Shown here piece after piece: positions 40,675 through 53,767 of a DNA stretch of 64,000 bases. This DNA is from Eledone cirrhosa (lineage: Eukaryota): contig OZ024753.1 in NCBI GenBank assembly GCA_964016885.1, forward strand, positions 124,001-188,000. The letters are read 5' to 3'. Below the pieces are notes generated by a model. It did no database searches and had not been told where the DNA came from. It saw only the letters and a list, made by a program, of their open reading frames with translations. Every line of letters begins with the position of its first letter. Position 1 is the first letter of the stretch. The translations under genes and the position numbers were made by a program.

Positions 40675-40945
40675 AATATTGACATTAGCACTGGCTACAG
40701 ATCTGCTCCAGATAATTGTGGTAGATAGTATGGACATTAGCACTAGCTACAGATAATGGTGGTAGATAGTATTGACATTAGTACTAGCTACAGATAATGG
40801 TGGTAGATAGTATTGACATTAGCACTAGCTACAGATAATGGTGGTAGATAGTATTGACATTAGCACTGGCTACAGATCTGCTCCAGATAATGGTGGTAGA
40901 TAGTATTGACATTAACACTGGCTACAGATCTGCTCCAGATAATGA
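40675..40945. repeat. Tandem repeat with 41-bp and 52-bp unit variants (52,41,41,41,52,partial)
   Basis: GACATTA anchors at 40681, 40733, 40774, 40815, 40856 and 40908. Confidence 0.95.
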
Positions 40946-41105
40946 CAAGCTGCTAGAACTGTTGGTGGGTTAGAGATATTAATAGTTTCTTAAGAAATTA
41001 GGAAATCTTTGGAAACATTTATTGATTGTCGTAAAATTAGTGAGGCTTTAGTGGATCAATACTGTGTTGTAGCTTGACATCACTGTAACTCTGACATTTC
41101 TTGTT

Positions 41106-41293
41106 TCACTTATTGATGACTTCTGAGAGATATAGTTGTGGCTCAGTTGCCAAATGATGGCGTTCCCACCAAGACTTCCAGTAGAAATATGTTACAGCCA
41201 CAAAAATTAAGACACCCACTATTGTAACAGAAGCAATTGTATTGTAGGAGATCAGTAAGTCTGTCTTCCAAACTTGACATTCGTTGGACATCT
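41106..41293 (-). CDS. Candidate terminal exon encoding a short single-pass membrane peptide or C-terminus
   Basis: Strong acceptor TTTATTATTTTCTTCCAG ending at 41294; ORF with hydrophobic IASVTIVGVLIFVAVTYFYW followed by KSWWERHH; AATAAA at 41023-41018. Confidence 0.45.
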
Positions 41294-41828
41294 CTGGAAG
41301 AAAATAATAAACATGTTACTGTATTAACTGTTAAATATACTACTGTATTAACTGTTAAATATACTCCTGAATTAACTGTTAAATATACTACTGTATTATA
41401 TTGGTAATTTTTCTAGGTTGTCTCCATTGATTTTTTAAAAACCAGAATTAGTCGTTTAGTTTACATATTGAGACCCCAACGCATCCTATTTATTTTATAA
41501 TGTATGGAATTTCTAGTAATGTACTTTTTTGTCATACATTATGATTTTTAATGTATAAAGAAAATTGTCATAGGAATGCTACCACTTAAAATAGGATTTA
41601 GCCGGAGATAGATTAGCAAAATTTAATCAGCAGGGGGGAGGGTAGTATAAGAGAGGGTGGGGTCTCAGATTATTCGAGATTTGAGGTATACTGTAAATGT
41701 GGTAGCGTTGTAAAAAATAAAAAAAATAAATAAAACACCCACAAATTATTACAGAAACAAGTGAGGATAAAACTGTTATGGTCTAAGGGAGGCAACTTTA
41801 CAATAATATTTTGTTGGTTATCAATTAC

Positions 41829-42680
41829 TTAACTCTTTATCATTTACATTACTCTATATTTACTACTAGCTGAAGTCTCCGGCTTCGCCCGGGAGAACAG
41901 AGAAAACAACTGTATTGGATGTGTTGTCTTGTATGAGATGAGACCGTAATGTGTGTGTGAGAGAGAGAGAGAAAGAGACATAAAAAAACAATCATAAAAC
42001 TTCCTTATTAGTCTGGAGGAGGAAACGGCCAATTAAATGGTAGCATTGGCCTTAGATTTTAAATGTGAAATAACCATAGTCAGTATGATCTTTTTTAGTT
42101 CTAAAGGACGTCATCAGAAACATAGCAATATACCGCATAAGATTGCTTCTGAAGTGTTGCTTTGTTAGTACAGACTGTAAGTAGTATATGGATAAAAGCT
42201 AGAGGGTAGATTAATTTCAAATATCAATTTTTCTTTGTTCTGTAAAATCAAAGACTGTAAAACAAATTTATAAAAGCTAACGTAGTATTCTTAAACCTTC
42301 CTATAGATCAAAGGATCTATAGTTTAAGCCGTTTCTATACTTTCGTGGGATGTTACTCTCTCTCTGAATATCTAACACTTTAATTGTATCTCTCTCTGTA
42401 TAACGGCCTATCACTCTCTTTCTGCCTTTCCCTCCATGTCTCTTTAGATGTGTGTGTGTGTGTAGTTTCGTGTGATGCAACCAACCATCTAGCCATCCAA
42501 TAAACATCTTTTATATTATATATAGATTGTATTTTCATTGTAAAGGCTTTATCTCACATAATATAGAATCTACAAGATTTTGATATTTATTTTGAGAGGA
42601 ATATCTTAACATCAGTATGGGTAGGTTGAGTGCCAGTCTGTGTCAATATACAGAAGGGGTGAGTGTGTTGTGAATGAATG
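41829..42680. mobile_element. TTAA-CCCTTTAG-type MITE (piggyBac-like ends) interrupted by a Helitron
   Basis: Flanks rejoin to ATATTTACTATTGTATTTTCA as in the uninterrupted copy at 54293-54509. Confidence 0.75.
41866..42526 (-). mobile_element. Complete non-autonomous Helitron (661 bp)
   Basis: Minus strand starts TCTATATATAATA and ends CCCGGGCGAAGCCGG (hairpin)...CTAG; inserted between A and T with no target-site duplication. Confidence 0.9.
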
Positions 42681-42939
42681 ACTATTGCAATGATAGATGT
42701 TAATGGTAATGATGTTAAAACAACGAAGAAAAGATGTAAAATTAGATTAAAGAGAACATATGGAATTTATATAACTATTTAATTCAAGCTAACACACACT
42801 TACTCTCTCTCTCGCACTTCAGTTATGTATATAACGTTACAATTGTACATGTCTTGATGTCCTTTATTATATTATACTTTCTCTTGATATTTAATATTCA
42901 ACAGCTGTTAAATAATAGCAACAACAAAAACAATAACAA

Positions 42940-43705
42940 TAATTGTTTCTACTTTTGGCACAAGGCCAGCAATTAGCCCAGTGTATTACTGGTACTTTAT
43001 TTTATCGACCTCGTAAGGATGAAGGGCAAAGTTAAGCTCGGCGGGATTTGAACTCAGACCATAAAGGGCCGTAACTATGCTGGAAAGCATGGCGTCTGAT
43101 ACTGCCAATTCAGGCATAAGGCGAGCGACTGTGGGGGGGGGGGGGGGGTGATTAAATTGACCCCAGTACATTACTGGTACTTTATTTTACTGACCCCGTA
43201 AGGATGAAAGACAAAGCTAACATTGGCGGGATTTGAAATCGGAACGTAAAGGGCTGTAACTATATGCTGTGAAGAAGGGTGTCAGATGCTCTACCGATAC
43301 TGCCAATCCAATAACAATGATGATAATAATGATTTCTACTTTAGGCACAAGGCCAGCAATTACCCAGTGCATTACTGGTACTTTATTTTATCAACCCCGT
43401 AAGGATGAAAGGCAAAGTCAACCTCGGCCGGATTTGAACTCAGATCGTAAAGGGACGTAACTATGCTGGAAAGCATGACATCCGACCTTCTACCGATACT
43501 GCCAATCCACCGATAATATTGATTTCTAGTATAGGCACAAGGCCAGTAAATTTTTTTTGAGGGGGGAGTCGTTTAAATCGACCCCAGTACGTTACTGGTA
43601 CTTTATTTTATCAACCCCGTAAGGATGGAAAGCAAAGCTAACCTTGGCAAGATTTGAACTCAGAACGTAAAGAACCGTAACTATGCCGCAAAGCAACTCA
43701 CCTCC
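42940..43705 (-). mobile_element. Cluster of four same-orientation SINE copies
   Basis: Repeated TACTGGTACTTTATTTTATC..CCCCGTAAGGATGAAAGGCAAAG..GGATTTGAACTCAGA (B box GAGTTCAAATCC on the minus strand). Related copies at ~44100-44260, 52521-53887, 55430-55745 and 60175-60415. Confidence 0.85.
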
Positions 43706-46583
43706 CTAATAATGATAATAGTAGTAATAATAATTTTGAAAAGGTTGAAGTAGTAATGCTAACTTGTGAAGGTTAAGACTGGGACAGGGAATAGAAATTA
43801 TTCTGTGTTATTTACAAGATGAACACACTGGATGGGTGTTTTTATTATTAATCTACATCCACCCTTGTAACCATTGACATCTACTGCCTGGTTAACATGT
43901 GGTTATTACGTAGTCAACATATGGTTAATTACATGGTCAATATGTAGCTACAAAAATCATCATCATCAACATCATAATATTACATCCATTTTCCCATGTT
44001 GGCATTTCATATTCGGAGTTACTGTCCTAGATGGGTGGCTCATGCATGCCCTTCACAGCACAAGTTTCTACACTACATCTGAATGCCCTTCAAACATCAT
44101 GCTTCGTGGCATAGAGTTACAGACTTTTACATTCTGAGTTCAAATCCCGGCGAGGTTAGCTTTGCCTTTCTCATCCTTACAGGGTCGATAAAATAAAGTA
44201 TCAACTTTCCCCTACCCCCAATATTGTTCGGCGTGTGGCTAAAGTAGAAACCATTATTTCTATTTTGATGATTAAATTTATAGATCTTCATAACATGTTC
44301 AAGATTTTGATTATGTTTCTAATGTCCTTCCATACTTAAGGTTATTTGAAGTATAACATCTGAAATTGCTTCATTATGTTAACAATTTTTATGATAATTT
44401 CTATTTCATTCTATAGTTAAAAACATAGCAATCATAACAATGAAACACATGTAGCAGCAACAAACAGAATAATGTTATAGACATTTTGGAAGAATGGCTT
44501 GATATTATAGACATTTTAGAAGAATAGCTTGATATTCTGAGAAGACAGGTTAAAATGGCAGTTGATGTAAAAGCTGCAAAACTTCCAACTTACCAAATGA
44601 CAGTCTGAAGATCTGTGAAATAACAAACTTTAGACAAGACACAGAATGACAAATTACAGCATTTTCTTTGAAAACTCTAGCAGGTAACAGGTTAGTTTAT
44701 TTTGATTAGCTAATCTATTTGAGAGGCTTTCTAAAACTGATAACATTGAAATTAAATGACAGATAGGCTAGAAAGGAGGTCATGTTTGAAGACAGATCTA
44801 ATTGATACTTCTTATTCTATACCAATACAACAATCCTGTTAAAGTGACAAAGAAGTAGAGAATGATACTTGATATAGAGTGACAGTAATGATTTCTGAAT
44901 TTTCAGAATAATATCAAATCTACGAGATTTTTATAGTATTTATTTTGAGAACAATACCTTAACATTAGTATCAGTGGCCTGTTTAAACAGAAAGGGGTGA
45001 AAGAATTCTGGCCGGATATGACCGCTTTAATGCTAAAGGGTTAATTATTCAAAACCCCCAAAACATGAAAAAGGTTTTATGTTTATAGAGTTAATATTTT
45101 AGAAGAAACACCACCAGATGATATATCATTACTGGTAAAATAGGCCCATTTTACCTTTGGACATACCAAACTAGTGGATTTCCCTTGTCCATTAAACAGC
45201 CTCTGTGATATGATCAAAGATATTACAGCTGCGACTGAGTTTGTTCAATCATGCTTGATCTGGGGCTAGATAACAATATATCTCGGTTTCATGAGGCTTT
45301 GCAGATCTTCAATACTTGCTGTTGTCTTAGCATATTGTCAGTGAAAAATATCAATAAAGTTACATCTGTATCAAAAGTGACTGGAGATGTTAATGGATCT
45401 ATGGCTCTCTATTTGCTTTATAACCAACTTCTCATTGGCAAGCAAGCAGTTAGGCAGATACACATTCTACCACTCAATCTGCTACAAATAGCAGCCAAAT
45501 ATTCTTCAAATAAAGCCTACCATCTTGAAAAAAAGGACACATTGGCTAAAGTAGTTCCCTAAAAGTAGTACCCCTAAAAAACTAAGGTCATATCTGGAAT
45601 GTCCATTATTGGATTGCTCACTAATGCCTGACATTGGACTAAACAAGAACAGCAACAAAAACAAATTAATGTCTCGTTATACAAAATACTAAACCTCTTG
45701 TGTAATATATAATATTTCCGCGAGAATATTTTTTAGTCTTGTCCACATGGTGCAGCCCCAATACGGCGACGCCCTAGTCATAGAGCCCATCACCTTCCCA
45801 TTCTTCTGTGACCCTAGAGCCCTTGCCTTTCTCTTTCCATAACCACAAAAGACACTTGAATTTATTACAATAAAATATTTGCTATATATAATATTCTATA
45901 ATAGCTTACAATATAATTCAATCTTTTATATAGTCTTTTAAAAAATATTTCTGTTACACCCACTTAAAAATTATAAACATGTAAGTTTTCTTCCTAACTT
46001 TGTTGGTTCTGTGTCAAGTAGGAAAAAAGGAAGACAAAATTCTATCTATATTGAATTTCCACTTTGTCCAACAACAAATTACAGTATGAAATTCTGCAGA
46101 AATGAGAACAGCTGATTTTATTTCTTTCCTTTTAAAAGACAGTAATAGTGCAGACATATTTTAATGTTACTAAAACTTCAATAACCCAATCATAAACCAA
46201 CACAGTCAGAGGTGAGAAATAATAAAAAAAAAAAGAAATCTAAGAACTACAATTGTCTTATACAAAAACATAAAATAAAAAAAATGACTGAGTCAAAAGA
46301 AGGTAGCAGCTGTAAATCATAGGGTACGGCCACCATTTTATAAAATTAGGGTGGAGAGAGATATAGAGGCAATTGTGAAAGCTGTTTAGACAAGAGAAAA
46401 TGTCAGTTAAAACAGACATCTTTAAAGTAACACTTAGAACAAATTATTTTCTGTCTGACATGGTTTTCTTGCTCACTTTTATTGAAACCACCTGGATTGG
46501 ATCCTTAAATAAAAACAAAATATACTTGTATATAAGATGTTCTGTAGAAGATATATTTTAGTGTGAAAATCCACACAGTGAGC

Positions 46584-46900
46584 TTAACACTTTAGCATTT
46601 AAACCGAATGTATCTAGCCACTCATACTGATGTTAAGGTATTGTTCTCAAAATAAATTATATCAAAATCTCAGATTCTGTATTATGCGAGATAATTATGT
46701 GATATAAAGCCTTTACCATGAAAATACAATAGTAAATATAGAGTAATGTAAATGGTAACGGGTTAAATGAGATTTTGATATAATTTGTTTTGAGAACAAT
46801 ACCTTAACATCAGTATGAATGGTCGGTTACAGCCGGTTTGAACAGAAAGAGGTGAGTGAATTCTGGCTGGATATGGCTGGTTTAAAAGCGAAAGGGTTAA
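46584..46900. mobile_element. TTAA-ended MITE (piggyBac-like), composite/rearranged
   Basis: TTAACACTTTAGCATTTAAACC ... GGTTTAAAAGCGAAAGGGTTAA, with an internal GGGTTAA end at ~46760. Confidence 0.65.
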
Positions 46901-47439
46901 ATCCTCCAAACGACTCAAATTGTTGGTAAACAGAATAAAAAGCTATTTCTAGGTATGGCAGTGTAGAAGGGTGGTCTGCAATTTCAACTTTAGACAACAA
47001 GAAGATAAAACAAAGCAGATAACATAGAAACTGGAGTACAAAAAAACAATGATAAAGTATTTTAGTGTAACTCATCATCATCATCATCATATGTTTTTCC
47101 ATGTTCATATTTGTTTCACAACTTCATTCCAGTACTTTATCTCGCCACATGTTTTATTTTTCCTTTGTCCTCTCTTGAAACCAACTTCTATCACTGCTGT
47201 CCACATCCTTTCTGGTCCTCTTCCTCCATGGCTTCCTTCCACTTGGACGTCCTGGCACTTCTTAAACCATTTATTTATTTTCAATTCATTGTAAAGGTTT
47301 GGTGAGAAGAAAGAAGTTGGGCTGTGCTTATGGTTTTCACTAGCTCTCCACTGACCAGGAAAGCAGTAACCTTCTGACCTCAGCAGTCTGTCAAGTAAAG
47401 CAATACCCTCTGACCACACCATCTTGTCCAGTAAAACAG

Positions 47440-47590
47440 TAACTCCCCAGACCACACCAAACTGACCAGAAACTCCCCAGACCACACCAAACTGACCAGT
47501 AACTCCCCAGACCACACCAAACTGACCAGTAACTCCCCAGATCATACCAAACTGACCAGTAACTCCCCAGACCACACCAAAATGACCAGT
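47440..47590. repeat. 30-bp minisatellite, about 5 copies (GTAACTCCCCAGACCACACCAAACTGACCA)
   Basis: Directly visible. Confidence 0.95.
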
Positions 47591-47774
47591 AAAACAGAAA
47601 CATTAACTGACCATGTGTGTAACTACCCATCCAACCCATCTCAGCAATGAAAGTAAAATGTAAAACGTTGATACGAAAAACTGTTTTTAATGTAACATAT
47701 TATTCCATTATTGCGTAATTTAGTTGTAATGGAAGTTGCTTAAAGTTAGATATTCTTCTGACATTGCAGTAATA

Positions 47775-48012
47775 GGAGTGGTGATGGTGGTGGCAGGTGT
47801 TGATGGTGGTAGTTTGTGCAGTGATGGTGGCAGTGGTGACGGTAGCAACAGCGGTAGTGGTGATGATTGTGGTGTTGATGGTGGTGGTAGCAACGGCGGT
47901 AGTGGTGATGGTAGTGGTGGTGGTGATTATGGTAGTATGGTGGTGGTAATAGGTGGTGGTGGTGATGGTGATGGTGTAGTGGTGTTGGTGGTGATGAAGA
48001 TGATGGTGGTGG
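47775..48012. repeat. Degenerate (GGT/GAT)n low-complexity tract
   Basis: Directly visible; yields the Gly-rich and His-rich ORFs. Confidence 0.9.
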
Positions 48013-48789
48013 GGAGGAATAATTACACATGAAAAGAATTAAGAATTTAAAAAAAAATAAAACAAAAACACAAAAAAAATTACTATATCTTGAAAATCTG
48101 AAATTATATGAAAGGTATACTCAAAATTGTTGGTATTTACCAACATTTATGGAAAGGGGAAAAGCAAAGAACTAGACAGATAGAAAAGTTTGAAAGCTTT
48201 TTTTTTATGCCAAGACAAGGAAATATGGCAAGTTATTACACAGTTGAAGAGAGACTCCTAGTTGAACTTTCATGTCTGTCATTAACAATTGAAACAAATA
48301 GAATATAAATGGCCAATTATTGAATAATTTTCAGAAAGAACTATAAAATGTACACACATACACATGCATACATGACATATAGTTGTACCATCTGTTGCAA
48401 ATTAATGCAGTTCAGTAAAGTGCAAAAGGTGTGCATGATATTTTGTGCTTTGCAACCAAATTTATTTGATGAGTATGGAGGAAGTAAGAAGCAACTACAG
48501 CACAAAATATCTAGTAATAAGAAGTTAGAGTATGCATGTGGAGGTGTGTATGTGCAAGAGAGAGAGAGGAGTGTAGGTAGAGGAGTTTTAGAAGTTATTG
48601 GGTTTTTTTAAGTGAGGGGTTGCTAAGTTCTAAAGCTGTCATTAACATTAAGCTAAGCTCTGGGCACAGCATCAAATCTGCCTGTCCATTTATCTATTAG
48701 AGAGAGAGAGGAGAGAGCAACTTTCCCACAAGTACTCAGCTAGAATAATCTCCTATGTAGTTATAGATTTAGTTCTATACCGAGTACAA

Positions 48790-49022
48790 GTCTTACTGAA
48801 TCTATAGTTATATAGACTTAGTCTTATACTATAACTATATAGACTTAGTCTTATACTCTAACTATATAGTCTTATACTATATTTATATACTGTATCTATA
48901 GCTATAGACAATCTTATATTCTGTCTATATCTATATAGGTACTCTTATACTATATCTGTAGCTATATAGACAGTTTTATACTATATCTATGGCTATAGAC
49001 AGTCTTATACTATATCTATAGC
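48790..49022. repeat. Degenerate ~30-bp minisatellite (TATAGACAGTCTTATACTATATCTATAGC-like)
   Basis: Recurrent GTCTTATACT and CTATAG motifs. Confidence 0.75.
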
Positions 49023-49634
49023 ATTATGAACTCAGAATATAAAAGGCCATAACTATATGCTGCAAAGTCTTTTGTCCAATGCTCTAATTACTGGCAATCC
49101 ACTACCCCCAACGGCACTAATAATGAAATAGAATTACAGATATTTCCTCCGCAGAGAAAACAAAACCTTTGTTTAAATTTTAGATATCAACGTTGTGGCC
49201 CACTTGCGCTATACAGTATATCACTCCAAATTCTGACACCACAAGCTAACAACAGAAGGCCTTCCCATTATTTTTACACACAGTATTATCTCTCTTGACA
49301 TTTTTAAATCCTACCCTTCTCTAAACTTACCAAAATTTCACTTCTATTCTATCTGTGTGGGAGGAATGCACATATATTTAAAATAAAAAACAACAGACAA
49401 TATCAAGTTATGTTTTCTGTCAACTTATTCTTAGCTATTTACACACACACGCATGCATGCACACAAGCACATATGTGCACAATGTGCCTGCAAGTTGCAA
49501 AAAGTGTTATTTATATGTACTGATGGGGTAGGGAAACTACCACATCATCATCACTACCAAGTGCATACCATCTTTTTAGGCTTATCAAAGACTAAATTGG
49601 CCTTTCCTCTTTTCAAGATGGTAAGGTGTTATTG

Positions 49635-49962
49635 AGACAGTGAATTGGCAGAGTCGTTAGAACATCAGATAGAATACTTTATGGCATTTGTTCCTACTGT
49701 GTTCACGGAGTTCAAATCCCGCCGAGGTCAACTTTGCCTTTCATCCTTTCGAGGTCAATAAAAAAAAAAAGTACCAGTCTAGTACTGGGGTCAATTCTTC
49801 TATATTTTTCATTTCCTCTCTCACTTTCTTTCTCTAGGAAAATCTGCTGTACTCAGGCCTGGAGAGAGATGGGCTCCACCAGGCTTAAAATGCCCAAGAA
49901 ACACTGTGTCAATACTGCGCTCCTATGACTTTCAGGAGTTATGGGGCCTTACATACATACAA
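49635..49962 (+). mobile_element. SINE with tRNA-like head and alternative 3' tail; minus-strand relatives at ~54600-54920 and ~60415-60570
   Basis: TGGCAGAGTCGTTAG...GAGTTCAAATCCCGCCGAGG head, then AAATCTGCTGTACTCAGGCCTGGAGA...GAGTTATGGGG..(TACA)n. Confidence 0.75.
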
Positions 49963-52554
49963 GATGTTAATGAACCCCTTTGTTACCATTTTCCTAACAA
50001 GAATATATGGCCTCTATGTCTTAATTACCAAAATAATATTTATGAGAGGTTTAGTGAAATAACTTTCAAGTTAAATTCAAAAGACAAATATTTAACTACT
50101 GAAATATATTATTATCACGTATGTAATTATGAAATATCAGTACAAGGTTTGAATTTACATTTGAATATGTTAATAAAAGCAGTTTTCGGCAGGCTGGTAT
50201 TTAGAGGGTTAAAAAAAAAAAAAATAAATAAATAAAATCAAAGGAACTGTTGTCTTCCTTTGTGTGAAAGTTTTAAGTTCTAGAATCCTTCCTTCTGCGA
50301 TACAACAGACCTGCCAAACGGGGCAGATCATGAAAAAAAAGTGCCCCAAGACGGAGAGAAATGGGGAGATTTTACATAATTAAAGCTATACCCATTTTCA
50401 CAAGAGAAAACATGTCACCCACCCCAAAGTTGGACAAGGAGAGTTGACAGGTCTAGATACAAGTTCATATCCTGGTCTTGATCTTGTACTGTGATTTTCA
50501 ATAAGAAACTTATAGCACTTATCTAAAGCTTCCCGACTCATTAATAAACCATTAACATATATATACACATACAAGCTTTCTCCTCCATTACTCAATAACT
50601 CATTGTTGCTCTCCAGTCAAACAATACCAACAATGAACATAAATCACTGATGTTCAGGGATCAATATCCAATTACTTCGTTCAATACAATATTTATAAAG
50701 TACCAGTCAAGTAATTGGATCAATTTAACCTTTAGAACGCTGAATTTTTTTTATGAATATGATACTGCATTGTTTAAGGGGAGATTACTCTCTTGTCGCA
50801 ATTTGTCACCAACAGCGTGCTGAAAGTTAAATTACTATACTCTATCTACAAAATGTGTAGCCTTGTAGCAATGTTAACAATTAATATTGTAGACAAGCCA
50901 TCAGGGAATTCCTTTTGAGAGTATCCATTATCACAAAAGATTAGGCAAGATAAAATGAATTCCAATTTGATAATCTCAATAACCCCAGAACACAGATGAT
51001 GGCAAAGATGATTTTGAAACACAGCGTTCAATTTGTGAGGGTTGATGATGATCCTGGATTAACCATAAATACTTACTTAGGGCCTCAAGTAAAGTGTGTA
51101 TGGGACCACATAGTTGTTTTTTCCAGTACATTATATAAAGCATTCACGCCATGACCATCCTGTCCTTTTCTCAGACACAATGCACCTACAACCATATTAG
51201 CCAATGTGTTCTTTTCTAAGACGATTGGGTGCAACTTGAGAGTAATTTGGCTTCTATTTCTAGCAGATCAATTGGCCATGTAGATGGCCAAGTATTTTGA
51301 ATATGAAGTTGGAATTAACTGTTGATGGCCTGAAGGAAAGATTAGAACTTTGTCCTCTTTAAGTATATTTTATTGACAACAAAAAACTATGTAACAAGAT
51401 GGTGTGAAATGGGTGGCTGGTTTGATAAGAATTTTACACATAAAAACGACACAAAGAATTTGCTTTGGTAATAGAAAAAGCTTATTGATTTTCAGATTAA
51501 AGATTTGAAGAAATTTGTCTTGGTTCCTGCGCATCTGGAGTGTGTTTATCAGTCTAGTTAGAATTGTGACCTTAAATGACTATTAATAGTAAAATGTATG
51601 TGAAATTAAAAACAAGAAATGAAAAATTCTTACCAGCATTACATTAAGTTTCAAATTGTTGACCAAAAACCAGAAAATGTTATCTTTTGTACCCTTCTAT
51701 ATTTCATTCTTAGCTTTGAGCCTGTCATTAAAAAGTCACATCAGACTGAAGATAGCCTATGAAAGAGATATAGCTCCAAGTTAAAATATCATAGTGACAT
51801 TAATAACCACTGATATTTCTTGTTGCATCAAATGACAGTGATAAAAGTGTTGTTTTTGTTAGATAGAAGGACGAGGGTGGTGGTGATTTATTACTTAAAA
51901 TGAGAAGCTGGAGGGGACATAGATATTTTATGTAAGAACACTAATCATTCTCTAAAAGAGGTCGACAGTGTTAGAATGTATTGAAACATCTCAGTATAAA
52001 GGTGCTGATGAAATTATAACTATCTTTAGCCAATGATATGTTTCAATTTATCTACAAAATAACAGTTAAGACTAGTGTTTTTTGTTAGACTAGAAAGTGT
52101 TGGTTCAATTCTAGGTGTAGATATGGCTATGTGGCTAAGAAGTCCATTTTGCAAACCTGTAGCTTTATGTTTGATTATTTAGTCGGGAAAAGATGAAATA
52201 GCAAGAGTGATTATCATCATCATCATCATTGTCACCATCATCATCATTATTGTCGTCATTGTTATCTCATCATCACCATTGTCGACATCACCACTACATG
52301 GGTTGGACAGATCTTTTTCATCACAGCATTCCTTCACTTATCACGTTATAGAGATTTTTACTGTATTTCTCAAATATATAAATACCAAGAGATGAGATAA
52401 CATCAGCTGTGAATTGAAACTACATCATGGTCTTTGTGTATTAGAAGTTCTCTTTTTGCTCTCCAGTACTCACTGAAACAGAAAAATAATATTCAAGGAA
52501 GTCAAAATTTCCTACATATAATTGTTTCTACTTTTGGCACAAGGCCAGGAATTA

Positions 52555-53767
52555 CCATATATACTCGTGTATAGGTCGACCCAGCAGATAGATCGTATAC
52601 CCACTTTTCATTTAACAAATAGGCTATTTGCCATTGACTCGCAGATAGGTCGCACTGAAATTTGGGCCGTCTAACTACTATTTTTTATGATAATTGAAAC
52701 TAATAATCTGTTAGTTTTCCATTACTTTGCCGTTGTGATATATACTCCAAACCATGTTTTATTTATAAAATAAACATTAACGTCATCGAAATTTCGTCAA
52801 TTCGAGATTACTGCGAGATAAAGCCTTTAAGCACGAAAATTAACTCTTAATATAGTGAAACAACTTGAAATAACACGTGTTTTTTAACGTTAAAAGTATA
52901 ACAGATTTTTAGCGTATAAACATGGCTTCCCAAAATAGTGAATACCGACTTTGAAGGTTTTACATGCGACAACAATAGAAATGAAAAAGAAACACAAGAT
53001 AATATTAGTGATTTATCTTCAAATGAATCAGACGTATTTATTTCTGACGATGATAGTTACTTTGAAAGTGAAAGCAAAGATCTGATGGACACCATTGAAA
53101 ATATTACAGCAACGTGGTTGAAAGGTACAACACCAATACATGTTCACACCTGTTAATGAACTTATATATTGGGAACATTGTTACGTAAATTTACACCATA
53201 CATTGTGTAAGAGTACATTGCAAATATTATTTTGACTGGTGAAAAGGTTTTATACATTTTTTTCAATGAAAATATTTGCCTGGAATGTAGACAAAGACTA
53301 AAACTTTGTACTGATTATATCTCACTTGCTAATTTTTGTACTGATTATTTCTCACTTGCTAATTTTGAAAAGGAACGCCACATGCAATAATCTGTTTCCT
53401 GTTAAAGTAAATATGTCACAATATGTGTTCATAGCAACGCTAAGACAATGAAATCACATTTTAAATACCGGGTATGCATTTCTATGGATTTTAATGACGG
53501 ATGGTTCTGTCAGATAGAAAAAAAACGTAAACACTACAAAGTTTTAGTAAAAAATTTAAAATCAAGAAATATATGTATAAGAAGGTAGATATATGAAATT
53601 ATTATGTTAAATAATAAAAAATATTAACAAAGTTATTTTTATAAATACCCATCGTTGATTAAGTCTATGAAAAATCATTGGTCAGTCTGATGTCGATCGG
53701 ATAGGTCGCACCCCAAAAATTTATACTTATCGTTAAAAAAGTGCGACCTATACGCGAGTATATACGA
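52555..53767. mobile_element. Non-autonomous Tc1/mariner-superfamily (pogo/Tc2-like) element with TA duplication, nested in a SINE
   Basis: TIRs CCATATATACTCGTGTATAGGTCG / CGACCTATACGCGAGTATATACGA; TA at 52553-52554 and 53768-53769. Confidence 0.85.

Noticed and set aside
40675-40945. CRISPR array
   Set aside because: Units are contiguous with no unique spacers, there are no cas genes, and the context is eukaryotic.
47105-48032. Repeat-protein, Gly-rich and His-rich ORFs
   Set aside because: Derived from a 30-bp minisatellite and a (GGT)n tract with no splice or homology support.
49855-49915. Hammerhead in the SINE alternative tail (CTGGAGA...GAAAC)
   Set aside because: All three copies have CTGG rather than the required CTGA, and no convincing stems.
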